Shown piece after piece: positions 22,192-32,634 of a DNA stretch of 64,000 bases. A program made the translations under genes and the position numbers. Within the stretch, counting starts at the first letter, position 1, and each line of letters opens with the position of its first letter. The stretch is from Salinivirgaceae bacterium. GTDB lineage: Bacteria; Bacteroidota; Bacteroidia; Bacteroidales; SZUA-534. The stretch lies in NCBI GenBank assembly GCA_024405635.1, contig JAKSOL010000011.1:1-64000 (forward strand), in the 5' to 3' direction. The notes beneath the pieces are model-generated. The model saw only the letters and a list, made by a program, of their open reading frames with translations, searched no databases and was not told the DNA's origin.

Positions 22192-22279
22192 CAAATCAGC
22201 AACATTTAGGCACGAATTTTGAAAGGGAAAAACCAAACGAAATTGATTAAATTTGCCGCCCATAAAAACATAGGTTGCA

Positions 22280-22633
22280 ATGTTTATTGAAGTTGTAAAA
22301 TCGAAGATACACAAGGCCACAGTAACACAGGCTAATCTGCAGTATGTAGGCAGCATAACCATTGACGAAGATTTAATGGATGCCGCAAACATTATTGAAC
22401 ACGAAAAAGTGCAAGTGCTTGATGTTAATAACGGTGAGCGCCTTGAAACATACGTAATAAAAGGAGAGCGTGGGTCAGGCTGTATTTGTCTTAATGGCGC
22501 AGCTGCTCGCAAAGTACAAGTTGGCGACGTGGTAATAATAATTTCGTATGCATCAATGGATTTTGAAGAGGCAAAAACCTTTAAACCAACTTTTATTTTC
22601 CCCGACACTGCAACCAACTCTTTAATTAAATAA
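22280..22633 (+). CDS. panD: Aspartate 1-decarboxylase
   Basis: [13 protein letters not shown] (self-cleavage site), RLETY, LNGAAAR. Confidence 0.97.
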   Translation: MFIEVVKSKIHKATVTQANLQYVGSITIDEDLMDAANIIEHEKVQVLDVNNGERLETYVIKGERGSGCICLNGAAARKVQVGDVVIIISYASMDFEEAKTFKPTFIFPDTATNSLIK

Positions 22634-22775
22634 ATAGCAATAGAAGAAGTTATTTGACAATTAAAAAATTGATTGTCAGCAAATTGATTTTATTGATAAA
22701 AAAAACGTGTTGGTAAAAAACAATAGGTCTTATCAGTAATAAAAACTACTTTTAGCGCGCTTTGATTCTAAAATT

Positions 22776-23222
22776 ATGAAAAAGACAATCGTAATAAGTT
22801 TGTTTGCTGTTATTGCAACCATTTTCGTATCGTGCAAAATGGACCACCAAAACCGTTATATTGGAGTATGGGAGCGAGTGTCATTCTCAAACCCAGACTC
22901 AGCAGACCGCCGTTCAGAATGGACTTTCTATGCTGGCGACAAGCTTGAAATTGCTACAGTTTACATTGAGGGCCGCAAAAAAGACTCAACTCTAAACGAC
23001 ACTATAAACTTTGAACAATACGTATATTCAACCGAAGGCCACACTCTCAACATTTATGGCATTAACGGCGATGAAGATTATGATCCAGCATCGGGCAACA
23101 TACGTGGCAATTATTGGGTTGACGAGTTGAAAAAAGGCAAACGTATCAAAATGACACGTCGCCAACATCCCGACGGTTCAACAGGTGCGGCATTCTACCG
23201 CATTGAACTCACTAAAAAATAA
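22776..23222 (+). CDS. Hypothetical lipoprotein (lipocalin-like beta fold possible)
   Basis: Lipobox FVS-C followed by YIGVWE (GxW motif); stop overlaps the radA start. Confidence 0.6.
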   Translation: MKKTIVISLFAVIATIFVSCKMDHQNRYIGVWERVSFSNPDSADRRSEWTFYAGDKLEIATVYIEGRKKDSTLNDTINFEQYVYSTEGHTLNIYGINGDEDYDPASGNIRGNYWVDELKKGKRIKMTRRQHPDGSTGAAFYRIELTKK

Positions 23223-24586
23223 TGGCTACAAAGCCAAAAATTGCATACATCTGCCAAGAGTGCGGAGCATCGTCGCCAAAATGGATTGGCAAATGCCCGT
23301 CATGCGGTAATTGGAATACATACACCGAAGAGGTTATTGCTTCAACACCGTCAAGTGCTCGCAATCAAGCAATTTTTACATCGTCGAGCACTCAAACCCC
23401 AATTCTGATTAAAGATATTGTTGAGCGCAACCACGAACGCACATCAACCCAAAGCATGGAATTTGACCGAGTTTTGGGTGGCGGTGTTGTTCCCGGTGCA
23501 GTTATTTTGTTTGGTGGCGAACCTGGAATAGGAAAATCAACTTTACTGCTACAAGTTGCAGGAAAATACACAGGTACAGTATTTTACGCTTCAGGAGAAG
23601 AAAGCGGAGAGCAAATTAAAATGCGTGCCACCCGATTGAAGGTTGACGACTCAAAAATTTACTTCATTAGCGATACTTCGTGTGAAAACATTATTAATCA
23701 AGCACGCCAACTAAAACCCGATTTACTAATTGTAGATTCAATTCAAACAATGCGCGTTGAATACATTGAATCGACATCGGGCTCGATTTCACAAATTCGC
23801 GAGTGCGCTCAATTGTTGCAACAATTTGCCAAAGAAACGGCAACACCTGTAATAATTGTTGGCCACATTACTAAAGATGGTTCGTTGGCTGGCCCAAAAG
23901 TGCTTGAACATGTGGTAGATACAGTGCTGCAATTTGAGGGCGACATGCGTTTTTATTACCGCATTTTGCGCGCACACAAAAACCGATTTGGTTCAACATC
24001 GGAGATTGGCATTTTTGAAATGAACGAAGAAGGTTTGCAAGAAGTGCTTAACCCATCTGAATTTTTGCTAGCAAATCATACCGAGCAATATAGTGGCATT
24101 GCAACCGCAGCAGCTATTGAAGGAATTAGACCTTTTATGATTGAGGTTCAAGCACTTGTGAGTTCGGCAGTGTATGGAACACCTCAACGCTCGACCACTG
24201 GTTTTGACAGCCGCCGACTAAATATGTTACTTGCAGTACTTGAAAAGAAAGTGGGATTTAAGTTGGCAACCAAAGACGTTTTTCTGAACATAGCTGGTGG
24301 CATTCGAGTATCGGACCCAACAATTGATCTTGCAGTTGCTGCTGCAATTTTGTCGTCGGACATTGACCGACCACTACGCCGGGGCGATTGTTTTGTTGGC
24401 GAAATTGGACTCTCGGGCGAAATTCGTCCCACTGGTCGACTTGAGCAACGCATAAGCGAAGCTGCAAAATTGGGTTACAAACGAATTTTTGCTCCAGTAC
24501 AAGCCAAAGGTGCAAATCGTTTTGACAAATACCCCATTGAGATAAAATTTGTAGAAAAAATTGAGCAAGTGATTACCAATTTTTAA
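23222..24586 (+). CDS. radA: DNA repair protein RadA/Sms
   Basis: Zinc finger CQECG...CPSCG, GEPGIGKST, KNRFG, Lon-like C-terminal GEIGLSGE. Confidence 0.97.
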   Translation: MATKPKIAYICQECGASSPKWIGKCPSCGNWNTYTEEVIASTPSSARNQAIFTSSSTQTPILIKDIVERNHERTSTQSMEFDRVLGGGVVPGAVILFGGEPGIGKSTLLLQVAGKYTGTVFYASGEESGEQIKMRATRLKVDDSKIYFISDTSCENIINQARQLKPDLLIVDSIQTMRVEYIESTSGSISQIRECAQLLQQFAKETATPVIIVGHITKDGSLAGPKVLEHVVDTVLQFEGDMRFYYRILRAHKNRFGSTSEIGIFEMNEEGLQEVLNPSEFLLANHTEQYSGIATAAAIEGIRPFMIEVQALVSSAVYGTPQRSTTGFDSRRLNMLLAVLEKKVGFKLATKDVFLNIAGGIRVSDPTIDLAVAAAILSSDIDRPLRRGDCFVGEIGLSGEIRPTGRLEQRISEAAKLGYKRIFAPVQAKGANRFDKYPIEIKFVEKIEQVITNF

Positions 24587-24615
24587 TGGTAATTTGCTGT
24601 AAAACACATAATTCG

Positions 24616-25029
24616 ATGAACGAAAAAATTGCTTTTCTAAACCAATACACCAAAGACACTTTAATAGATTATCTTGGTATTAAATACACTTGTTGCGGTG
24701 ATGGATTTTTGGAAGCAACAATGCCAATTGACCGCCGTACCCAAACTCCTGTAAAAATTGCTCACGGCGGCGCGCTTATGGCACTTGTTGAATCGGTAGG
24801 AAGCGCTTTGTCGTTTTTGCATGTCGATTTAAATACACAAGATGTACGTGGACTAGAAATAAACGGCAACCATTTGAAAGGAACTCCTGCCGGAAAAACT
24901 GTTACTGCACGAGCCACTATGCTTCATTGCGGCAAACGCACCCATGTATGCGAGGTGAAAATATATAACGAAGATGGTCAGTTGGTTAATGTGAGCCGCA
25001 TGACAAATATTGTTGTAGATAAAAAGTAA
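24616..25029 (+). CDS. menI: PaaI/hotdog thioesterase, probably 1,4-dihydroxy-2-naphthoyl-CoA hydrolase
   Basis: HGGALMALVES and GLEINGNHL; directly upstream of menF-menD. Confidence 0.75.
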   Translation: MNEKIAFLNQYTKDTLIDYLGIKYTCCGDGFLEATMPIDRRTQTPVKIAHGGALMALVESVGSALSFLHVDLNTQDVRGLEINGNHLKGTPAGKTVTARATMLHCGKRTHVCEVKIYNEDGQLVNVSRMTNIVVDKK

Positions 25030-25035
25030 CTTGCT

Positions 25036-26097
25036 GTGCAGCAATCTGTTTTAAACAATAATATTGTTAGTTTACTATCGAGCGATTTGGCATTTGCCAT
25101 TTGGCGCAATCCACTTTCGACAAACGTTAACGTTGTTTGCTGCAACAACTCACAAGTACTACGCACTACCGACTTTAATCAAATTGACCAAAACTCAGGT
25201 TTTGTATTTGCTCCATTTGAAGTTACAAGTAGCACTCCCATTTGCATCTTTCCACAACAAAGCACTTGCCAACCAATAGGTGATTTTATAAAGCTTGACC
25301 AAGGTAATAACTGCAATTGCGCTACTCAAACCGAATACATAGCTACCCTAAAACATCTTATTGGCAAACTAAACAATTCTGTTCCAAAAGTTGTATTAAG
25401 CCGTTGCCAATGGATTGAGAATATTGACATTGAAAAAACATTGGTGAATTTCAGCGAGTTACTAAACTGCAGTCACAATTTATTTGTTTACTGCGTTCGC
25501 ATCCCTAACATTGGTTGTTGGATTGGTGCAACACCTGAAACTCTACTCACCATTAGCAACGGGCAAGCCGAAACTTGCGCATTAGCTGGAACCATGCCGT
25601 TTACTAATGGCAAAGCCAATTGGTCCGAAAAAGAAATAAATGAGCAGAAAATTGTTAGCGATTTTATTTGTAACACTCTACTCGATAATAATATAGAGTT
25701 TTCGCAATCGCCCACTTGTACAACCGTTGCTGGCAAGTTGGCCCATTTGAAGACAACATTCAACTTTAATGCTCAACAAATAAATGGTCAACTAGGGAAA
25801 TTGCTACAGCAGCTGCATCCAACACCTGCCGTTTGTGGTTTACCTACCGATGCAGCACGCAACATTATAGCCGAAATGGAAACTTACAACCGCAGCTACT
25901 ACGCTGGTTTTGTAGGACTTGCAAGCAACAACTCAACCCAATTATACGTTAACATACGCTGTATGCAGTTATTTGCAAACGGTGCTTTATTATATGCTGG
26001 TGGCGGAATTACAGCGCAATCGGACCCTACAAACGAATGGATTGAGACCGAAATGAAAATGGAATCAATTGCACACATTATCAGCAAAAAAACCTAA
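25036..26097 (+). CDS. menF: Isochorismate synthase (chorismate-binding MST family)
   Basis: KVVLSR, GATPE, ALAGT, LHPTPAVCG, YVNIRC, YAGGGI; GTG start. Confidence 0.85.
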   Translation: MQQSVLNNNIVSLLSSDLAFAIWRNPLSTNVNVVCCNNSQVLRTTDFNQIDQNSGFVFAPFEVTSSTPICIFPQQSTCQPIGDFIKLDQGNNCNCATQTEYIATLKHLIGKLNNSVPKVVLSRCQWIENIDIEKTLVNFSELLNCSHNLFVYCVRIPNIGCWIGATPETLLTISNGQAETCALAGTMPFTNGKANWSEKEINEQKIVSDFICNTLLDNNIEFSQSPTCTTVAGKLAHLKTTFNFNAQQINGQLGKLLQQLHPTPAVCGLPTDAARNIIAEMETYNRSYYAGFVGLASNNSTQLYVNIRCMQLFANGALLYAGGGITAQSDPTNEWIETEMKMESIAHIISKKT

Positions 26098-26101
26098 CGG
26101 A

Positions 26102-27763
26102 ATGAAATACACATCGAGCAATAAACCTATAGTTCAAAGTATTGTAAATCAATTGATTGGTGTTGGCGTCCACAATATTTTCATTGCTCCCGGATCGCGA
26201 AACGCACCGCTTACTATAGCGTTTGCACAATGTCCTGAGTTTATTTGTCATTCTATTGTTGATGAACGTGTTGCAGGATTTTATGCTCTTGGCATGGCTC
26301 GTGAGCTTAACGAACCTGTTGCCATTGTATGCACGTCGGGAACGGCAGTGCTAAACTTTGCTCCTGCCTTGTGCGAAGCTTTTTACCAAGAAGTGCCAAT
26401 TGTTGCCATTACTGCCGACCGTCCAAGTTTTTGGATTGACCAAGAAGACGGACAAACCATTCGTCAACCCAACATTTTTGCAAACTACGTTAAACTATCG
26501 GCATCGTTGCCCGACGAGCGCGACAACAATAGCCTTCAAACTGCCGAATTGATGCTCGCTAATGCACTTAATGAACTGCGCACAGCACCTTTTGGCCCAA
26601 TACACATAAATGTTCCGCTTGATAATCCGCTTTACGAGCAAGCCGAAGTTGAGTGCCATTCAAAATCAATCTTTTTGCCTAATCGCCCAAAAGTTTGTGG
26701 ACTAGAGCAACTCAAAGAGCTATGTAACAGTAATTTACGTTCAATGATTCTAGTCGGGACAAACCAACCAGACGAAGAGATAAACCAATTAGCTAAACAA
26801 TGCCAAGCGCTTGGTTTTGTGGTTGTTGCATCGCCATTGGCTAATATTGAAGCCGAACAAATTGAAACTCCAGAATTGGTTTTGCTTGCCGCTACAGAAC
26901 AGCAAAAAACCAATCTATCGCCCGACTTGCTGATTACACTTGGCGGACCTATTGTGTCGAAACAAGTAAAGCTGTTGTTGCGCACCTTCAAGCCTAAATA
27001 CCACATTGATATTGACGAAAACCCAATGCGGGTTGATACTTATAACTGTCTGACTCACAAAGCAATTGCATCAACAAAACAAGCTTTGCAGTATATTGTG
27101 AATAACGCTTTGAGTGCTGATGCAACTTTTGGTAAAAGTTGGGAGAACAATAAAGCAACAAACAAAACAACCGACTATTGCAAACAAATAGATTGGTGCG
27201 ACTTGAGCATCTATCCTCACATAATTAAACTAATTGATAAACAAGATATTAACCTGCATTTATCAAATAGTACACCAGTACGATTTGGCGAATTGTTTGC
27301 CAAGGCAAAAGGCGTAAACTATTACGCTAATCGTGGGACAAGCGGAATTGACGGTTGCCTTTCAACTGCCGCAGGCGCAGCAATGGCCACAAGCAAAACC
27401 ACACTGATTATTACTGGCGACGTAGGATTTTTTTACGACTCTAACTGCTTTTATAACAGCCATTTGCCTGCCAATCTTAAAGTTGTACTTATAAGCAACG
27501 GACGCGGAAGCATATTCGACCTACTTGGCAATGCCCGCAAAACCAATGCTGAGCAGTACTTTACCACACCGCACCAATTTAACGCCCAACATCTATGCGC
27601 TGCCTTTAAGGTTGACTACTTCAGCGCATCGAGCCACCAGCAAGTTGAATCGGTTTGGCAAAAATTCATTAGCAATGGCAAATGCTCGGTTCTTGAACTT
27701 GATACTACAACCGTTGATAACGAACAGATTTTCAGCGAGTTTAAGAAGTTTGTTAAAGGGTGA
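26102..27763 (+). CDS. menD: SEPHCHC synthase
   Basis: PGSRNAPL, DERVAGF, CTSGTA, TADRP, GQTIRQ, NRGTSGIDG, ThDP motif GD...SNG. Confidence 0.93.
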   Translation: MKYTSSNKPIVQSIVNQLIGVGVHNIFIAPGSRNAPLTIAFAQCPEFICHSIVDERVAGFYALGMARELNEPVAIVCTSGTAVLNFAPALCEAFYQEVPIVAITADRPSFWIDQEDGQTIRQPNIFANYVKLSASLPDERDNNSLQTAELMLANALNELRTAPFGPIHINVPLDNPLYEQAEVECHSKSIFLPNRPKVCGLEQLKELCNSNLRSMILVGTNQPDEEINQLAKQCQALGFVVVASPLANIEAEQIETPELVLLAATEQQKTNLSPDLLITLGGPIVSKQVKLLLRTFKPKYHIDIDENPMRVDTYNCLTHKAIASTKQALQYIVNNALSADATFGKSWENNKATNKTTDYCKQIDWCDLSIYPHIIKLIDKQDINLHLSNSTPVRFGELFAKAKGVNYYANRGTSGIDGCLSTAAGAAMATSKTTLIITGDVGFFYDSNCFYNSHLPANLKVVLISNGRGSIFDLLGNARKTNAEQYFTTPHQFNAQHLCAAFKVDYFSASSHQQVESVWQKFISNGKCSVLELDTTTVDNEQIFSEFKKFVKG

Positions 27764-27912
27764 TTGGCCTTTCGCCCCCCAAAAAAAACAACTCTCACTC
27801 ACCTCAATCTCCATCATTTGCTACCGCATTTGCCATTTTGTTTTTTTGGCTGATGCGTCTATATTTGTGAGTTTTTTTGAAAAAATCGAAATATTCTAAA
27901 AATCAATAAGAT

Positions 27913-30900
27913 ATGAGCGACAAATTTCCAGAGTACAAGCAGTTCGATTTATCGCAAATCAACAAAGACGTGCTTGATAAGTGGCTAAAAGACCACACTT
28001 TTGAAAAAAGTACCGAAACACGCGCTGGTCAACCTAAATTCATCTTTTTTGAAGGCCCACCGTCAGCAAACGGAAAACCAGGTATTCACCACGTAATGGC
28101 GCGTAGCATTAAGGACATTATATGCCGCTACAAAACTCTACAAGGATTTTTAGTTGAACGTAAGGCTGGATGGGACACACACGGATTGCCAGTTGAACTT
28201 GGTGTGGAGCAAAAACTTGGCATCACCAAAGAAGACATTGGCAAAAAAATTAGCGTTGACGAATACAACCGCAACTGCCGCGAAGAGGTTATGAAATACA
28301 CCGACATGTGGCAAGACCTTACTTCGAAAATGGGTTATTGGGTAAACATGAACGACCCATACATAACCTACGACAACCGCTACATTGAATCGCTTTGGTA
28401 CTTGCTAAAAGAGATTTACAATAAAGGTTTGCTTTACAAAGGCTACACCATTCAACCATACTCGCCAGCTGCAGGTACTGGTCTTTCGAGCCACGAGTTG
28501 AACCAACCAGGCTGCTATCGCGATGTGAAAGACACAACCGTTGTTGGTCAGTTCCGCATGATAAATCCAAAACCCGAAATGGCTCAATGGGGAACTCCAT
28601 ACTTTATTGCTTGGACCACCACACCTTGGACTTTACCATCGAACACCGCATTGTGCGTTGGCCCAAAAATTGAGTACGTTGCCGTTCAAACCTACAACGC
28701 ATACACAAGCGAAAAAATAACTGTAGTGCTTGCAAAAGCATTGTTATACAACCACTTTAACAAGAAAGCTGAAGGTCTTGACCTTGAATCGTACAAGCCA
28801 GGCGACAAACTTGTTCCATTTAAAGTAGTGGGCGAATACATGGGTACCGACCTAGTTGGCATGAAATACGAACAACTGCTACCTTGGGTTAAACCAGTTA
28901 CAGCCGATGCTCGCGGCAATTGGAAAGACGCAACCGACGAGGCTTTCCGCGTTATTCCTGGCGACTACGTAACCACCGAAGACGGTACTGGTATTGTTCA
29001 CATTGCACCAACCTTTGGTGCCGACGATGCTAAAGTAGCAAAAGCTGCTGGTATTCCTTCGTTGTTTATGATTAACAAGAAAAACGAAACTCGTCCAATG
29101 GTCGATTTTTCGGGAAAATTCTACTTGCTTGACGATGTTAACGAGCAGTTTGTTGCTCAATGCATCGACACCGAGGCATACAAAGAGTTTGAAGGCCGTT
29201 GGGTTAAAAACGCATACGACCCACAATTCACTATCGATGGAAAATATGACGAGGCTGCTGCTCAGGCTGCCGAATCGCTCGACGTGTATATCTGCTTAAA
29301 AATGAAGGCAGCCAACAAAGCCTTTAAAATTGAAAAACACGTTCACAACTACCCACACTGCTGGCGCACCGACAAACCTGTGCTTTACTATCCTCTTGAT
29401 AGCTGGTTTATCCGTTCAACCGCCGTTAAAGACCAAATGATAGAGTTGAACAAAACCATTAATTGGAAACCAGAATCGACAGGAACTGGTCGTTTTGGTA
29501 AATGGCTTGAAAACCTTAACGACTGGAACCTTAGCCGCTCGCGTTATTGGGGTACTCCTCTGCCAATTTGGGCTACCGAAGATGGTGACGAATGCAAATG
29601 CATCGGCTCGGTTGAAGAATTGTTTGCCGAAATTGACAAATCAATTGCCGCAGGCTTTATGACCGAAAACCCATACAAAGCAAAAGGTTTTGTTGTGGGC
29701 GACAATTCAAAAGAAAACTACGAGAAAATTGACCTTCACCGCCCTTACATCGATGGAATTATTCTTGTGTCGAACAGCGGTAAGAAAATGATTCGCGAAA
29801 AAGACTTGATTGACGTTTGGTTTGACTCTGGTGCCATGCCATTTGCTCAACGTCACTGGCCTTTTGAACACAAAGACGACTTTGATAAACTTTACCCTGC
29901 CGACTTTATTGCCGAAGGTGTTGATCAAACACGCGGTTGGTTCTTCACTTTGCATGCAATTAGCACAATGATTAATGGTAAAGTGGCATTCAAAAACATT
30001 ATTTCAAACGGTCTTGTACTCGACAAAAACGGCAACAAGATGAGTAAACGTTTGGGCAATGCTGTCGATCCATTCTCAACAATCGAAAAATATGGTTCCG
30101 ACCCATTGCGCTGGTACATGATTACCAATGCTCAACCTTGGGACAACCTTAAATTTGATATTGAAGGAGTTGAAGAAGTTCGCCGCAAATTCTTTGGCAC
30201 ACTCTACAACACATACGGATTCTTCTCGCTTTATGCCAACATTGACGGTTTCAAATATCAAGAAGCCGAAATTCCATTGGCTGAACGCCCTGAGATTGAC
30301 CGTTGGATACTTTCGCTACTCAATAGTTTGATAAAAGATGTACAAAACGCATACGAAAACTACCAACCAACCGATGCAGGTCGCGCCATTCAAGATTTTG
30401 TAATGGACAACCTTAGCAACTGGTACGTACGTTTGAACCGCAAACGTTTCTGGGGTGGCGAATACAATAACGACAAAATTGCAGCCTACCAAACACTTTA
30501 CACATGCTTGGAAACTGTTGCCATTTTGGCTAGTCCAATAGCACCATTCTATCTTGACCAATTGTATCAAGACTTGACACAAACCACAGGTCGCGCTACC
30601 ACATCGGTACACTTGGCATCGTTCCCAAAAGTAAACGAAGCTGCTATTGATACCGACCTTGAAGAACGCATGGCTATTGCACAACGCATATCGTCAATGG
30701 TACTTGGTTTGCGCCGAAAAGTGAGCCTAAAAGTTCGTCAACCATTGAGCAAGATTATGGTGCCAGTGTTGAGCGAAAAAGCCAAACAACAAATAAGCGC
30801 TGTAGCCGACATTATTAAAACCGAAGTGAATGTTAAAGACATTGAACTAATTGACAACACTGCCGGTGTGCTTGTAAAACGCATCAAACCAAACTTTAAA

Positions 30901-31398
30901 GCTCTTGGTCCAAAATGCGGCAAAATCATGAAACAAGTGGCTGAGGTTATTGCCCAAATGTCGCAAGAAGATATTGTAGCATTTGAGCGCGATGGCAAAT
31001 TTAACCTTACCGTTGCCGACCAAACCATTTGCCTTGAACCAGCCGACTGCGAAGTTTTGTCGGAAGATATTCCAGGCTGGCTAGTTGCAAACGATGGAAA
31101 CCTTACCATTGCTCTTGACATTACCCTAACCGACGAGCTGAAAAACGAAGGCATTGCACGCGAGTTTATAAACCGCATACAAAACATTCGTAAAGACAGT
31201 GGCCTTGAAGTAACCGACAAAATCAACATTAAGATTAGCAAACATGCTGCTACCGATGCTGCAATTAACGCTTTTGCCGACTATATTAAGGCTCAAACCT
31301 TAGCTGTAAGCATTGAACTAGTTGACTCGGTTGCCAATGCAGTTGAAGTTGATATTGATGAGAATGTAATTGTGCTTGTTAAAATTGCAAAAGCATAA
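27913..31398 (+). CDS. ileS: Isoleucine--tRNA ligase, type 2 (IleRS2)
   Basis: EGPPSANGKPGIHH, GWDTHGLP, WTTTPWTLPSN, GTGIVH, KMSKR; type-2 C-terminus EGIAREFINRIQNIRK without a zinc finger. Confidence 0.97.
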   Translation: MSDKFPEYKQFDLSQINKDVLDKWLKDHTFEKSTETRAGQPKFIFFEGPPSANGKPGIHHVMARSIKDIICRYKTLQGFLVERKAGWDTHGLPVELGVEQKLGITKEDIGKKISVDEYNRNCREEVMKYTDMWQDLTSKMGYWVNMNDPYITYDNRYIESLWYLLKEIYNKGLLYKGYTIQPYSPAAGTGLSSHELNQPGCYRDVKDTTVVGQFRMINPKPEMAQWGTPYFIAWTTTPWTLPSNTALCVGPKIEYVAVQTYNAYTSEKITVVLAKALLYNHFNKKAEGLDLESYKPGDKLVPFKVVGEYMGTDLVGMKYEQLLPWVKPVTADARGNWKDATDEAFRVIPGDYVTTEDGTGIVHIAPTFGADDAKVAKAAGIPSLFMINKKNETRPMVDFSGKFYLLDDVNEQFVAQCIDTEAYKEFEGRWVKNAYDPQFTIDGKYDEAAAQAAESLDVYICLKMKAANKAFKIEKHVHNYPHCWRTDKPVLYYPLDSWFIRSTAVKDQMIELNKTINWKPESTGTGRFGKWLENLNDWNLSRSRYWGTPLPIWATEDGDECKCIGSVEELFAEIDKSIAAGFMTENPYKAKGFVVGDNSKENYEKIDLHRPYIDGIILVSNSGKKMIREKDLIDVWFDSGAMPFAQRHWPFEHKDDFDKLYPADFIAEGVDQTRGWFFTLHAISTMINGKVAFKNIISNGLVLDKNGNKMSKRLGNAVDPFSTIEKYGSDPLRWYMITNAQPWDNLKFDIEGVEEVRRKFFGTLYNTYGFFSLYANIDGFKYQEAEIPLAERPEIDRWILSLLNSLIKDVQNAYENYQPTDAGRAIQDFVMDNLSNWYVRLNRKRFWGGEYNNDKIAAYQTLYTCLETVAILASPIAPFYLDQLYQDLTQTTGRATTSVHLASFPKVNEAAIDTDLEERMAIAQRISSMVLGLRRKVSLKVRQPLSKIMVPVLSEKAKQQISAVADIIKTEVNVKDIELIDNTAGVLVKRIKPNFKALGPKCGKIMKQVAEVIAQMSQEDIVAFERDGKFNLTVADQTICLEPADCEVLSEDIPGWLVANDGNLTIALDITLTDELKNEGIAREFINRIQNIRKDSGLEVTDKINIKISKHAATDAAINAFADYIKAQTLAVSIELVDSVANAVEVDIDENVIVLVKIAKA
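31201..31241 (+). repeat. 41-bp direct repeat, copy 1 (inside the ileS 3' end)
   Basis: ggccttgaagtaaccgacaaaatcaacattaagattagcaa; 38/41 identical to 45207-45247. Confidence 0.85.
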
Positions 31399-31419
31399 GG
31401 AGTTTACTTCCTAATAATT

Positions 31420-31462
31420 AACGCTCCATCTAGCATAAAAGCTGGTTGGGGCGTTTTTTTTT
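31420..31462 (+). terminator. Rho-independent terminator after ileS
   Basis: aacgctccatctagc / gctggttggggcgtt plus T run. Confidence 0.75.
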
Positions 31463-31550
31463 GCGAACAACACACTCGAATCTGAATCAATTTTGACTTA
31501 TACGTCAAATTGCATAGAACCCACAAAATTTGACTATATCAGCCAGAAGA

Positions 31551-32435
31551 TTAGTATTTGATATTAAAATAATCGAGTAAAGCTTTATACTGATCTTGTG
31601 CAGTAAGGCATGTATCACGCAGATAACCAGTCACATTAGACCACGGCTGTAATCCTCGATAATAGAACAATTTAAGCTCGTCGGTAATAATAAAAGGTAC
31701 AATGTTGTTGGCCAAACATTCTTTAAACAGAATCAAGCGCCCCACACGCCCATTACCATCTTGAAATGGGTGTATGCATTCAAAACGCACATGAAAATCT
31801 AAAATATCGTCAAATGTTTTTTCACGCTTTGCGTTATATTCTGCCAACAATTCCTTCATTTCATGATGAACTTCCGCTGGAATAGTTGTCTCGTTGCCAC
31901 CAATCTCGTTAGGCAGGCGCTTGTAATCACCCACTGCAAACCACGATTTTTGGCTATCTTGCGTATTGGTTTTCAACACACTATGGAGTTCTTTAATTAG
32001 CGCTTCCGACAAACGTTCTTCAGCACGATCTATAATCAAGTCGATGCATCGAAAATGGTTTACTGTTTCCATTATATCATCAATTCTTACACTTGAATCC
32101 ATTGCTCCTATTGTATGAGTTTCGTATATGTAACGCGTTTGCTCATGTGTAAGTTGACTACCCTCGATATGATTAGAATTGTAAGTCAAATCGATTTGTG
32201 TACGATGATAAATTCCACCTTTCAACTGTGATGTTTTCTGCTCGCGCAAGGCAAGCAAAATTGCTGAAGGCTTTTTCGATTTGTTGTGCTGAGGCAAGAC
32301 AGCATCATACGGTACGCTCCATGTCTTCCCCGTAAGAAAGGCGCCTTTGAGTTTCCCCAAGGCACAATAATTACGAATTGTTCGCTCGCTTATGCCATGT
32401 AATTTGGCAAATTCTGCAACTGATAAATAGTTCAT
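31551..32435 (-). CDS. Fic family protein with N-terminal helix-turn-helix
   Basis: YLSVAEFAKLHGISERTIRNYC (HTH); inhibitory SNHIEG motif; catalytic HPFQDGNGRVGR. Confidence 0.93.
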   Translation of the reverse strand: MNYLSVAEFAKLHGISERTIRNYCALGKLKGAFLTGKTWSVPYDAVLPQHNKSKKPSAILLALREQKTSQLKGGIYHRTQIDLTYNSNHIEGSQLTHEQTRYIYETHTIGAMDSSVRIDDIMETVNHFRCIDLIIDRAEERLSEALIKELHSVLKTNTQDSQKSWFAVGDYKRLPNEIGGNETTIPAEVHHEMKELLAEYNAKREKTFDDILDFHVRFECIHPFQDGNGRVGRLILFKECLANNIVPFIITDELKLFYYRGLQPWSNVTGYLRDTCLTAQDQYKALLDYFNIKY

Positions 32436-32479
32436 ATCGGCAAGGATTTAAACAAAAACGCATGCAAAATCGCAAAAAT

Positions 32480-32495
32480 TTGCCGATATCGGCAA
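32480..32495. promoter_or_regulatory. Perfect 16-bp palindrome TTGCCGATATCGGCAA, likely an operator of the HTH-Fic gene
   Basis: Exact palindrome 45 bp upstream of the fic start; partial copy atatcggcaag at 32434-32444 overlaps the start codon. Confidence 0.65.
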
Positions 32496-32634
32496 GAATT
32501 TTAAGCAAAAAAGTGCAAATTACTTTCTCTCTGACTTGCTTCGTAATGTTTTTTTTGTTCATCCGTGATTCATAACTTTGAAATTATTCTTAACTTTGTT
32601 TGTTATTACAATTAACCATTATATTTATTTAATC

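Noticed and set aside
27764-27912. T-box or attenuator leader before ileS (also checked before leuS, metG and asnS)
   Set aside because: No T-box GGTGGnACCGCG-like sequence; the leaders are short or AT-rich, mostly with plain TAnnTTTG promoters.
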